Virus record (IMG/VR): IMGVR_UViG_3300007102_000029
Coordinates: 1 to 33,510 of that record
Length of the DNA stretch: 33,510 nt
Strand: one strand, 5' to 3'
From: a virus
The position numbers and the translations under genes are program-made. Below, piece by piece: positions 22,441 to 31,146 of the stretch (positions are counted from its first letter, which is position 1; the number at the start of each line of letters is the position of its first letter). A model generated the notes under the pieces. It saw nothing but the letters and a program-made list of their open reading frames with translations, was not told where the DNA came from and made no database searches.

Positions 22441-23162
22441 TTGAATTTACCGCAAGGGAATACAACCACGAATTAAAGCGGATAGAACGCGAATTGCGCC
22501 ACCTGGCCGACGAAATACCGTTTGCGCAAGCTTACACCTTAACCAAAATGGCACAGTCGGGCAAACAGGCGGTCGAACGTCGATTGCCGCGTATTTTTAA
22601 CAACCCGACCAGGTGGACGCTAAAAAGCATTTACATGGACCCGGCCACCAAGCGGTCGTTGGTGTCCAGGGTCGGCATTAAAGCGGCCAGCGAAAAAAGC
22701 TTGGCGCATCATATCGAAGGTGGCAAACGGCCGCCGAAGCGATACGAACAACGATTGCGCGACGCCGGCGTTTTGCGCGGTGCAAGCCAATACACGGTCC
22801 CAGGTGCCAAGGCCAGGTTAAACCGCCACGGCAATTTAACCATGGCGTCGATTAATAAAATTGTGTCGGCCGTCGGCGGCCAGCTTGATAGCCACGCAAA
22901 CAGCACCAAAGCGTCGATTGGAAGGAATAAAAGCCAGGCCGATTATTTCGTTTTACGCCGACAAAAAGGAACGCCGCCGGGTATCTACCAAAGAAAAGGT
23001 CGGGGGGCTAACCAAAGATTAGAACCGGTCTTGATCTTTGTTAAGTCTATCCATTATCGGCGCCGCTTTCCGCTGTTCGAAATCGTGTCTGATGCCGCTT
23101 ACGATTCAATGGACGGGCATATTAACAAGGCGATTGATAACGCTTTGAAGTCGGGACGATAG
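22437..23162 (+). CDS. hypothetical basic protein
   Basis: ATG 22437 (AAAGGTGG upstream), not the track start at 22284, which would run through the FmdB gene. 241 aa with no confident family. Confidence 0.6.
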   Translation: MIEFTAREYNHELKRIERELRHLADEIPFAQAYTLTKMAQSGKQAVERRLPRIFNNPTRWTLKSIYMDPATKRSLVSRVGIKAASEKSLAHHIEGGKRPPKRYEQRLRDAGVLRGASQYTVPGAKARLNRHGNLTMASINKIVSAVGGQLDSHANSTKASIGRNKSQADYFVLRRQKGTPPGIYQRKGRGANQRLEPVLIFVKSIHYRRRFPLFEIVSDAAYDSMDGHINKAIDNALKSGR

Positions 23163-23330
23163 CGACGTGATGAACCGCGGAATATACAAGACGTTTGGCG
23201 ACCGGCCGGGCTTTGCTGGCAATGTGTCGGCATATCAGGCAGTTAGCCGCCGCGGGTCCTTCCTGGACCTTGCCAGGGTGCGGTAATGCGGACCCCGTTT
23301 TGTGTGTCAATTCATTTCGAAAAAAATATT

Positions 23331-23360
23331 TTGAGTTTTTGAGATTTTACCATTTATTAA
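23331..23360 (+). promoter_or_regulatory. candidate promoter for the replication genes
   Basis: TTGAGT (23331-23336), 18 nt, TATTAA (23355-23360), within a sharply AT-rich stretch of the 234-nt gap upstream of 23397. Confidence 0.3.
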
Positions 23361-23396
23361 AAAAATTAAGTGCAAATAACAGATAAGGTATAACCA

Positions 23397-24266
23397 ATGT
23401 CTTTATCACTTTTAACGCGGGCCTGGGAATATGTCGGCTTGCCACCTGTTACCAAATTCGTGTTAATCGCCTTGGCCGATTTCGCCAACGAAAAGAAGGG
23501 TTTTTTGTGCATCCCGTCCAAAACAACCATTGCGGTTCGGTGCGGTATTCATAAACGCACCGTCGACCGTCACCTTGCCGCCCTGGTCGAAGCGGATTTA
23601 ATCACTATTGAACCGCGGACCAGTAAGCGCGGCGACCCGACAACGAACAGTTATTTATTCAACCTTGAAAAATTAGCGGCCGGCGGCAACGCCCTTTCGC
23701 CCTTCGCCGGGGTGGTGGCAGATTGCCACCGGGGTGGTGGCACTGTGCCGGGGGGTGGCGTCACCGGTGACACCGGGGGGGGTGGCACTGTGCCGGGACT
23801 ATCTTTAACGGGAAGTATTAACGGGGAAGAAACGGCGCCGGCACCGCCGACGCCGCACCCTTCTTTTGATTCTCAAAAAATCACCGACGCCGCTTGGTTT
23901 CTTGCGTGGTGGAAATTCGCTTTTTTGAAATTCACCGGCCAACCCTATTGGCCCAACGGCAAAGACGCCGGCATTGTTTCGGGCCTTATCAAAACCGGCG
24001 GGTTGATTGAATTAATGAAACGCGCGTGTTGCTACCTGGACCAGCCGGAGAGTAAACGCTTTCCGAAAAACGAACCGCCGGCGCTTTACGGTTTGAAATT
24101 CCAGGTTAACGCCCTGGCCGGCGCTTACGACGATATGACCGAACGCCAGTTTTCGAACATGGGGTTATTGCCGGATTTCGACACGATGCCGGACGGGTTC
24201 GACTTGACAGATTTTAGACCGTGGGAAGGGGCCGACAATGAACAATTACAGAACGCCACCGCATAA
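23397..24266 (+). CDS. replication initiator / helicase-loader-type protein with an N-terminal winged HTH (HTH_36-like)
   Basis: The pattern TKFVLIALADFANEKKGFLCIPSKTTIAVRCGIHKRTVDRHLAALVEADLITIE is typical of phage replication proteins. A Gly-rich linker carries a duplicated GGGTVPG. It lies directly upstream of, and overlapping, the DnaB-like gene. Confidence 0.65.
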   Translation: MSLSLLTRAWEYVGLPPVTKFVLIALADFANEKKGFLCIPSKTTIAVRCGIHKRTVDRHLAALVEADLITIEPRTSKRGDPTTNSYLFNLEKLAAGGNALSPFAGVVADCHRGGGTVPGGGVTGDTGGGGTVPGLSLTGSINGEETAPAPPTPHPSFDSQKITDAAWFLAWWKFAFLKFTGQPYWPNGKDAGIVSGLIKTGGLIELMKRACCYLDQPESKRFPKNEPPALYGLKFQVNALAGAYDDMTERQFSNMGLLPDFDTMPDGFDLTDFRPWEGADNEQLQNATA

Positions 24267-25617
24267 CAACGAAGCGGAAAAAAGCATTATTGGCGGCATC
24301 TTTTTGGACAATTCCGTTTATTCGGAAATCGCCGCGGCGGTCGAGGCGTCCGACTTTTTCAACGAACACAACCGGGCGATCTTTACGACCATGGCCGAAT
24401 TGAGCAAGGCCGGCGACCCGGTGGACCTGGTTAGCGTGACCGGGGCGTTGCGGTCGTCCGGGCAATTTGAGGCAATCGGCGGCGCCGGGTACCTGGCCGA
24501 ATTGGTCGATTATGTCCCGACGTCGGCCAATATTAAGCATTATTGCCGGCTGGTAAAACAAGCGGCAAGCGCCCGTAAAATAATCGAAAGCGCCAGGGCG
24601 TTGGCCTTGCAAGCTTATGAGTCGTCAAACCCGGAAGGGTTGGCGCACCACGTCGCCAATCTGCAAAAGGCGGCCGAAGTCGTGGACGATTCGTCGGCCT
24701 TAATGACGATGGACGAACAGGCCGAAGCGTTTAAACAGTGGGTTGCGACCAAAGACGAAAGCCGCTTTACAACCGGGTTGCCGGAAGTCGACGCCATTAT
24801 TAAAGGGGTGGCGCCTGGCGAGGTCCTTTATATCGTTGGTTATTCCGGTCTTTTTAAATCGGCAATCTTGCAAAATATGCTTTTACATTCCGGCGCCAAA
24901 ACCGGGCGACACAACCTTTTCTTTTCCCTGGAAATGCCAGTGGCCCGTTGCTTTTTGCGCACCTGTCAAATATCGCTTGAACATTATTCCTACAATGTCG
25001 AGTCGGGCTTTTATAACCGTTCAAATTATGCCGACCAGGCGTTGGCCGAATTGCGCGAGTTGGGCGCCGACAAATTGGTGGTATGTGAAAAGCCGGGCCT
25101 GACTATGGACCAAATAGAACATTATTCACGAATGGGCTTGACCCGCTTTGGCGAGGTCGGCGCGGTCGGGATTGATTATTTGGGCTTAATGCGGGCGCAA
25201 GGGTTAACGAAAGAATACGACCGGATAAGCCACAACGCCGAACAATCCAAGGACCTGGCCAAGCGCCTTAATGTCCCGGTCGTTATTCTAACCCAGGTCG
25301 ACCGCGAGTCGGCCAAAGAGGGGGTCGTGGAAAAATGGTCGGGCAAGGGGTCGGGCGCCATTGAAGCGTCGGCCGATTATATGTTGGGCCTGGAACGGAA
25401 CAAAACCGGCGATATGTTTTTAAAGGTTTTGAAAAATCGCAACGGCGAAGAGGGCGCCGTTTTCGAAGTCGATATTGACAAGCCTTATTTGAAATTTCGG
25501 AGCGCCACCCCGGTTGGCCATAACAGTGTAAAACAAACGGCCCGCGGCCTTGACCGGTCCAGCCGGGATAAAAAACGCGGGGCGCCGGCTGGAATGCCGT
25601 TCGACCCGGCCAATTAA
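24238..25617 (+). CDS. dnaB: replicative DNA helicase, DnaB family
   Basis: The N-terminal PPHNNEAEKSIIGGIFLDN is the DnaB hallmark. The RecA-like domain shows GIDYLGLM, VVILTQVDRES and GSGAIEASADYMLGLER. Confidence 0.9.
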   Translation: MNNYRTPPHNNEAEKSIIGGIFLDNSVYSEIAAAVEASDFFNEHNRAIFTTMAELSKAGDPVDLVSVTGALRSSGQFEAIGGAGYLAELVDYVPTSANIKHYCRLVKQAASARKIIESARALALQAYESSNPEGLAHHVANLQKAAEVVDDSSALMTMDEQAEAFKQWVATKDESRFTTGLPEVDAIIKGVAPGEVLYIVGYSGLFKSAILQNMLLHSGAKTGRHNLFFSLEMPVARCFLRTCQISLEHYSYNVESGFYNRSNYADQALAELRELGADKLVVCEKPGLTMDQIEHYSRMGLTRFGEVGAVGIDYLGLMRAQGLTKEYDRISHNAEQSKDLAKRLNVPVVILTQVDRESAKEGVVEKWSGKGSGAIEASADYMLGLERNKTGDMFLKVLKNRNGEEGAVFEVDIDKPYLKFRSATPVGHNSVKQTARGLDRSSRDKKRGAPAGMPFDPAN

Positions 25618-25627
25618 AGGGGGCAAA

Positions 25628-25978
25628 ATGGGCGTATCATTCGAAATTAAACAACGCGACGATAAAGGGCATTGGCACCGGGTCCCGCTTTCCGATTTTG
25701 TCGGCAAGTCGGTTTCGGCGGTGTTGGCGCAATATGAGGGCAAAGCGGTTGTCGCCGAATTTATTTTTGACGGCCAAAAGTTTTATTTTTGCGGGACCGA
25801 TTATTGGTGCCAGCAGATGAAAGAAAAGGGCGCCAAGGGCGCGGTTTTGTTTTCGGAAGTTCCCTACATTCTGAAAAAGAAAAAACGGTTGGACGTGCTG
25901 GCCGAAATTATCGACGGGGCCGCCGATGTGGTGGGCGTGTTCGAAGGGGCCGAACATATCAAAACGGAAGTGGCTTAA
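25628..25978 (+). CDS. hypothetical protein
   Basis: ATG 25628 with AAAGGGGG upstream (track start 25550 overlaps dnaB). 116 aa. Confidence 0.6.
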   Translation: MGVSFEIKQRDDKGHWHRVPLSDFVGKSVSAVLAQYEGKAVVAEFIFDGQKFYFCGTDYWCQQMKEKGAKGAVLFSEVPYILKKKKRLDVLAEIIDGAADVVGVFEGAEHIKTEVA

Positions 25979-26515
25979 ATGGAAACAGAGTCGTTTAAAA
26001 ATATTCCGGCGGTCCACCGCTATTTATCGGAAAAAGGATTTAAAGGGACCGAACAGACCTTGCGCAATTACAAGGCCAAGGGGCTTTTGCGGTGCGAAGA
26101 AAACGGCGGCTTTTCCAAAGTCGCGGTCGACCAGTTCGCTTTTATGCACCTGGAAAAAGTCGGCGGCGATCAAGTCGAGGACTTGACCGGGTTAACCAAA
26201 CGGGAAAAAGGGTTGCAAATAACCAAGCTGGAATTGGAAGTGGACAAGCGCCGAAAGGAAATAGAGGCGTTTGAGCAAGGCCATATTCCGCGAAAGGATT
26301 TCGAACGGGAATTGGCCCAACGGGCGCTTTTATTTAAAAGCGGATTGCGACACATGGTTTACACCGCCGCCAATGAAGCGGTCCAGGTGGTCGGCGGCGA
26401 TAGCGCCAAGGTTGGCGTTTTAATCAGTTTTTTAAACGACGAAATCGAAAAACACTTGGCGCAATATGCCAATACAAAGACGTTTCACGTTGTTATCGAA
26501 AGGGGCGAAGAATGA
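25979..26515 (+). CDS. putative terminase small subunit (Nu1-like organisation)
   Basis: An N-terminal HTH-like segment (VHRYLSEKGFKGTEQTLRNYKAKGLL) is followed by a coiled region (KLELEVDKRRKEIEAFEQG). It lies two genes upstream of the gpA-like large terminase. Confidence 0.5.
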   Translation: METESFKNIPAVHRYLSEKGFKGTEQTLRNYKAKGLLRCEENGGFSKVAVDQFAFMHLEKVGGDQVEDLTGLTKREKGLQITKLELEVDKRRKEIEAFEQGHIPRKDFERELAQRALLFKSGLRHMVYTAANEAVQVVGGDSAKVGVLISFLNDEIEKHLAQYANTKTFHVVIERGEE

Positions 26516-26757
26516 CCGAAAACGAAAAGAATTTACACCAACGGATTAAAGAATTGGAAGCGGAAAACGCCAAAGTTACCAACCTGGTTTTGGCGTTGGG
26601 CCTGGCGTTTCGGGATAAACAGTCGGCGCTTTTGGTGGCCGATAAAGCCGACGACGATTCGCCGCGAAAGGTTATCGACGCTTATAATTGCGCCGAACGG
26701 CGGTTTAATGAGGCGGTCCAGGCGCAACATAAATTCGCGGTTAACCTGGTCGGATAA
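26512..26757 (+). CDS. hypothetical coiled-coil protein
   Basis: 81 aa with an ATGA overlap upstream and a TAATG overlap downstream. It contains LHQRIKELEAENAKVTNL. Confidence 0.6.
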   Translation: MTENEKNLHQRIKELEAENAKVTNLVLALGLAFRDKQSALLVADKADDDSPRKVIDAYNCAERRFNEAVQAQHKFAVNLVG

Positions 26758-28757
26758 TGACGCAACAAGCGTTCGACATATCGACGCCGATAACGGCGCC
26801 GGCCTGGTTGCCGGCGTCTTTTCTGGACGACTTAACACCGGGCGAAGCGACCACCGGCGCGGTCGATTTCGGCCGGGCCGAACGGCGGGTTTTTCGCCAG
26901 CCTGAAAAGGTGACGGTTAGCCAGTGGGCGGCCAACCACCGCATTGTTACAATGTCGGTTTTGCCAGGTCCGTGGCGCAACGAAACGACGCCCTGGTTGG
27001 CCGGCATTATGGACGGTATCGGCTTTTCGTCGGTGCGGCGCGGGATATTGTGCAAGACGCCGCAAACCGGGGGAAGCGAAGCGGGGTTAAATATCCTTGG
27101 CCATCATATCGACCAACAAGGCGGCCCGGCCATGATTCTGTTTCCTGATGAATTGACCGGCAAAGAATATGTCCGCGACCGAATAAGCCCCATGGTTAAT
27201 AATTCGCCGCGGCTGGCGAAATACTTAACCGGAAAAAATATTGATGATAGCGCCACCCGTATTAACTTAAATCACATGGCCATTTATTTGGCCTGGGCCA
27301 GTTCGGCCAGCCGGCTGGCCAATAAGCCGGTGCAATTGCTTATCCGGGACGAGGTCGACAAATACGGCGAAAGTGTCGGCAAAAAAGAGGCCAGCGCCAT
27401 GGCCTTGTCCGAATTGCGAACGACAACTTACCAAAATATGGACTTGCATAAAATTGTCGACATATCAACGCCGACGGTGGAAAGCGGGCCGATTTGGACG
27501 GGATTAACCGAGGACGCCGAAGTGGTTTTTGTCTACCACGTTTATTGCCCGAAATGCGGTGCCGAACAGTTAATGACCTTTGAAAATATCCGTTTTCACG
27601 ATTGCCGCGACCCGCGGCAAATGGAAAATAAAAAGCTGGCGACCTATCAATGCGAACATTGCGACGAACATTGGACCGACGCCGACCGCGACCGGGCGGT
27701 GGCCGCCGGGCATTGGCGCGACCGCGAAAGCGGGTTGCCGTTAATGGCGGCTTTGCAAAGCAAGCGACCGCGAACAATTGGTTATCACTTGCCGGCCTGG
27801 GTTAGCCGGTTCGTTTCCTTGTCCAAATGCGCCGCGGAATTTTTGCGAAGCCTGGAAAGCCGCGACGCGCTGAAAAACTTTTTAAATTCGATTAAGGCCG
27901 AACCGTGGTCGGAATTGATTTCGAAAAGGTTGGACACCAAAGCAATTGCCGCCAGGCGGGAAGATTACGGCCCGGCGGTGCCAATGGGCGCGGCGGTGAT
28001 AACGTGCGCGATTGACGTTCAACGCGACCGGTGGGAAGTCGAAACCGTGGCCCATGGTATGGACGAAGAGTCGTGGCGGCTTGATTATCAAAAGATTTAT
28101 GGCAACCCGTCGTTGCCGACCGAGTGGGAAAAAATAGACGACTATTTAAAACAGACCTGGCGCCACGAAACCGGCCACGTTATGGCGATTAAGTGTTGTT
28201 GCATTGATTCCGGCGACAACACCAAGGCGGTTTATAACTTTACCCGCGGCAAGTTGGGCCGGCGCATTATCGCCACCAAGGGTTTGTCGACGCTTGGCAA
28301 GTCGTTAATTAACGGCCCGACCAAGCAAAAGTTGGGGCCGTGGCGGGTGCCGCTTTTAACGATTGGCACCGACACCGGCAAGGGAACGCTTTTCGATTAT
28401 TTGGAAATTACCGAACCGGGGCCGGGTTATATGCACTTCCCGGCCCATTTCCCGGACGAATTTTTCGAACAGTACGGCACCGAAAGACAGGTGGAAAAGG
28501 TTATTAAAGGCCGGGCGGTGCGCGAATGGCGCAAGGTGAAAAGCGACGCCAGAAACGAAGCGATCGACCTTGGCGTTTTAAACCTGGCGGCGTTGTCTTT
28601 TTTATCGCCGAACATTCCAAAGCTTTTGGACGATCTACAACGGGACCCGGCCGAACCGGCCGACCTGGACGAAGAGGAAACACCACCGCAAAACCAGCCG
28701 GTCGCCAAGGGGCGGCGGCCCGGCCGGCGGCGTGGTGGCTTTGTTCATAACTTTTAA
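26757..28757 (+). CDS. terL: terminase large subunit, lambda gpA family
   Basis: The pattern PGPWRNETTPWLAGIMDGIG...LCKTPQTGGSEAGLN...IRDEVDKY plus the internal zinc ribbon YCPKCG...YQCEHCDEHW is typical of Terminase_GpA. Confidence 0.9.
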   Translation: MTQQAFDISTPITAPAWLPASFLDDLTPGEATTGAVDFGRAERRVFRQPEKVTVSQWAANHRIVTMSVLPGPWRNETTPWLAGIMDGIGFSSVRRGILCKTPQTGGSEAGLNILGHHIDQQGGPAMILFPDELTGKEYVRDRISPMVNNSPRLAKYLTGKNIDDSATRINLNHMAIYLAWASSASRLANKPVQLLIRDEVDKYGESVGKKEASAMALSELRTTTYQNMDLHKIVDISTPTVESGPIWTGLTEDAEVVFVYHVYCPKCGAEQLMTFENIRFHDCRDPRQMENKKLATYQCEHCDEHWTDADRDRAVAAGHWRDRESGLPLMAALQSKRPRTIGYHLPAWVSRFVSLSKCAAEFLRSLESRDALKNFLNSIKAEPWSELISKRLDTKAIAARREDYGPAVPMGAAVITCAIDVQRDRWEVETVAHGMDEESWRLDYQKIYGNPSLPTEWEKIDDYLKQTWRHETGHVMAIKCCCIDSGDNTKAVYNFTRGKLGRRIIATKGLSTLGKSLINGPTKQKLGPWRVPLLTIGTDTGKGTLFDYLEITEPGPGYMHFPAHFPDEFFEQYGTERQVEKVIKGRAVREWRKVKSDARNEAIDLGVLNLAALSFLSPNIPKLLDDLQRDPAEPADLDEEETPPQNQPVAKGRRPGRRRGGFVHNF

Positions 28758-28779
28758 TTCAATAACGAAAGGGGCGACA

Positions 28780-29013
28780 ATGGCTTGCGAATGCCGAGAC
28801 TTGAAAGGAAAGGACTTTATAACGGTCCAGCAATTAGCTTTTCGGTGGTCTATGTCCAGCCAACGGGTAATGGATTTGGTTTCGAAGGGGGTTTTGCTGG
28901 CGTGGCACCCGGAAGGGAAAGAGGGGTGCAAGGGTTTGTTAATTTGTGTCGAGTCGGTTGTAAACGCCAAAAAGAATAATTATTTATATTTGGCCGAGGT
29001 CGACGACGGTTAG
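28780..29013 (+). CDS. small HTH protein (excisionase/MerR-like HTH_17 pattern)
   Basis: ATG 28780 with AAAGGGG upstream. ITVQQLAFRWSMSSQRVMDLVSKGVLLAW is HTH-like. 77 aa. Confidence 0.5.
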   Translation: MACECRDLKGKDFITVQQLAFRWSMSSQRVMDLVSKGVLLAWHPEGKEGCKGLLICVESVVNAKKNNYLYLAEVDDG

Positions 29014-29049
29014 TTAAATTAATTTCAAGTATTGTTATCTATTCTTATG

Positions 29050-29079
29050 AAAGACGGGTTTTTGCCCGTCTTTTTTTTT
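29050..29079 (+). terminator. strong rho-independent terminator
   Basis: AAAGACGGG (29050-29058) pairs with CCCGTCTTT (29065-29073) around a 6-nt loop. The 3' arm runs straight into a T tract: T9 at 29071-29079, of which the first three Ts are in the stem. Confidence 0.8.
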
Positions 29080-29094
29080 GCGACAATTTCGACC

Positions 29095-29664
29095 ATGCAA
29101 GAAATACCGACAACCGAACCAACCGAATTTATTTCCGGCGATACCGTTAAATGGACCAGGGCCGTGGACGGCTTTTTGGCGTCCGACGGTTGGTCGCTAA
29201 AATACGTCTTTAACTTCCAATCGTCGGTCGAGGCCACCAAAAAAACCGTTACCGCGTCCGCTTCCGGCGACGATTTTTCGGTGACAATCGCCGCTTCGGC
29301 AAGCGGCGCTTACACCGCCGGCGACTATTTTTGGACCGCTTACGTTGAAAAAGGGTCGGAGCGATACACCGTCGATTCGGGCCGGTTAAAAGTCAAGCCG
29401 GACCCGGTTAACGTCGCCGCCGGCGTCGATCTTCGTTCGAATGCAAAAGTTATTTTGGACGCTATCGACGCAACGTTGGCCAATACGGCGACCAGCGACC
29501 AGAAAAATATTTTGGTAAATGGGAAAATGATTCAGCGTTACGGCCTTGACGAAATGTGGAAATTGCGTTGTCGATTCGCCGCCGAAGTTCGCCGGGAAGA
29601 GGACGCCGAAAAACTGGCCAACGGCCTGGCCACCGGCCGCAAGGTCGTTACAAGGTTTATATAA
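29095..29664 (+). CDS. gpW-like head-tail joining protein with a roughly 110-aa N-terminal extension
   Basis: I place the start at ATG 29095, because the track start at 29032 would read through the terminator. The C-terminal AKVILDAIDATLANTATSDQKNILVNGKMIQRYGLDEMWKLRCRFAAEVRREE...GRKVVTRFI parallels lambda gpW (..AL..L..G......V..dGr.v.f...s...L...i..Le.....). It sits between terL and the portal gene, as in lambda. No obvious SD. Confidence 0.5.
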   Translation: MQEIPTTEPTEFISGDTVKWTRAVDGFLASDGWSLKYVFNFQSSVEATKKTVTASASGDDFSVTIAASASGAYTAGDYFWTAYVEKGSERYTVDSGRLKVKPDPVNVAAGVDLRSNAKVILDAIDATLANTATSDQKNILVNGKMIQRYGLDEMWKLRCRFAAEVRREEDAEKLANGLATGRKVVTRFI

Positions 29665-31146
29665 ATGGGACTTGATATTTTCGGAATTGAAAAGCGGGCG
29701 CGAAAGCGGGCCGCGGTGATTTTGGAAGAAAGCCGCAAGGGACAAAAGGCGAAGCTTGACCAGCACCGCGCTTTCGCCGCGGCGCAAATGACCAACCTTT
29801 TGTCCGGCTGGTCGGTCGAAACCAAAAAGCTGGACGCCGATATTAAGGCCGGTTTGCGGTCGCTTCGTGGGCGAAGCCGGGACGCTTCCCAAAATAACGA
29901 TTATGGCCGCAAATATTTACAACTACTTCGAACCAACGTCGTTGGCCCGGCCGGAATACGGATGCAACCGCGAAGTAAAAACCAGGGCGGCAAGCTGGAC
30001 AAGGCGGCCAACGCCCTGGTCGCGGCGGCCTGGGATAAGTGGAACAAGCGCGGGAATTTCGATATTACCGGCAAGCTTTCCGGGGTTGACGGTCAAAATA
30101 TGTTTATCGAAAGCGTCGGCCGCGACGGCGAAGTTTTGGTTTATAAGGTCCGCAACGCCAACAACCCGTTTAAATTCGCGGTCCAGTTTTTGGACCCGGA
30201 TTTATTGGACGAAAAGTTTTCGCTGGAATTAGCCGGCGGCCGATCAATCCGAATGGGGATTGAGTTTGACGCCGACGGAAAGCCCGTCGCCTATCATTTA
30301 ACGCAAGTCGAGGCCACGCAAGATTCTTATTATTCTGGCGGCAAGTATCGCCGGCGGGTCCCCGCCAAAGACATTATCCATTCGTTTAGGCAGGAACGGG
30401 CGCACCAAACCCGCGGCTATCCGTGGACCAGCGCGGCGTTAATTGAAATGCACCACCTTTCCGCTTTCCAGGAAGCGGCCATTGTCGCGTCGCGCCTGGG
30501 TGCGTCGACCATGGGGTTTTTTACCGAGGATATGCCGGACGCCGGTTTCGAAGGGGACGGCACTGACGCGCTTGGAAATATTGTCAGCGAAGCCGAGCCG
30601 GGCATGTTTCACAAGTTGCCGCCGGGCGTCGACTTTAAAGAATTTAAGCCGGGCTATCCTGATTCGTTTTACGACGCCGCGGTTAAGCGGTTTTTAAAAG
30701 GTATAGCGTCGGGCTTGCAAGTGTCTTACACGTCTTTGGCGTCCGACCCGGAAAGCACAAATTTTTCCGCAATGCGCGGCGAAGTTATGGCCGAAAGGGA
30801 TAACTGGCGGTCGGTTCAAGGTTGGATGATTTCGGATTTTTTGGACCCGCTGTTTGTGTCCTGGTTGGACCATGCTTTATTGACCGGCGAAATCCCCTTG
30901 CCTTATTCGCGGTTCGATAAGCTGGCCGAAGTTCAGTGGATGCCGCGGGCCTGGGGTTGGGTCGACCCGGTAAAAGATATTACCGCGTTGAAGTTGGCCA
31001 TGGGCGAAAACTTGAAAAGCCCGACCCGCGCTTGCGCCGAACAGGGAATTAATTTCGAAGATGAATTAAACCAGATAGCCGAGGACCGCAAGAAAATGTC
31101 GGACCTGGGGTTATTGCCTGGGGGTGAAAATGACCGAAAAAAATAA
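29665..31146 (+). CDS. portal protein, lambda family (Phage_portal_2 pattern)
   Basis: AAAQMTNLLSGWSVETKKLDADIKAGLRSLRGRSRDASQNNDYGRKYLQLLRTNVVGPAGIRMQP matches the conserved N-region of lambda-type portals. Size (493 aa) and position also fit. Confidence 0.85.
   Translation: MGLDIFGIEKRARKRAAVILEESRKGQKAKLDQHRAFAAAQMTNLLSGWSVETKKLDADIKAGLRSLRGRSRDASQNNDYGRKYLQLLRTNVVGPAGIRMQPRSKNQGGKLDKAANALVAAAWDKWNKRGNFDITGKLSGVDGQNMFIESVGRDGEVLVYKVRNANNPFKFAVQFLDPDLLDEKFSLELAGGRSIRMGIEFDADGKPVAYHLTQVEATQDSYYSGGKYRRRVPAKDIIHSFRQERAHQTRGYPWTSAALIEMHHLSAFQEAAIVASRLGASTMGFFTEDMPDAGFEGDGTDALGNIVSEAEPGMFHKLPPGVDFKEFKPGYPDSFYDAAVKRFLKGIASGLQVSYTSLASDPESTNFSAMRGEVMAERDNWRSVQGWMISDFLDPLFVSWLDHALLTGEIPLPYSRFDKLAEVQWMPRAWGWVDPVKDITALKLAMGENLKSPTRACAEQGINFEDELNQIAEDRKKMSDLGLLPGGENDRKK

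Noticed and set aside
23195-23386. 63-aa ORF in the gap before the replication genes
   Set aside because: It has a TTG start without an SD. Its 3' half runs through the AT-rich promoter-like stretch, and its codon style is unlike neighbouring genes. I treat the region as non-coding regulatory sequence.
29032-29094. Track start (TTG 29032, or ATG 29047) for the gpW-like ORF
   Set aside because: That N-terminus would be translated straight through a 9-bp hairpin plus T9 terminator (encoding ..GFLPVFFF..). ATG 29095 is more plausible, although it lacks an SD.
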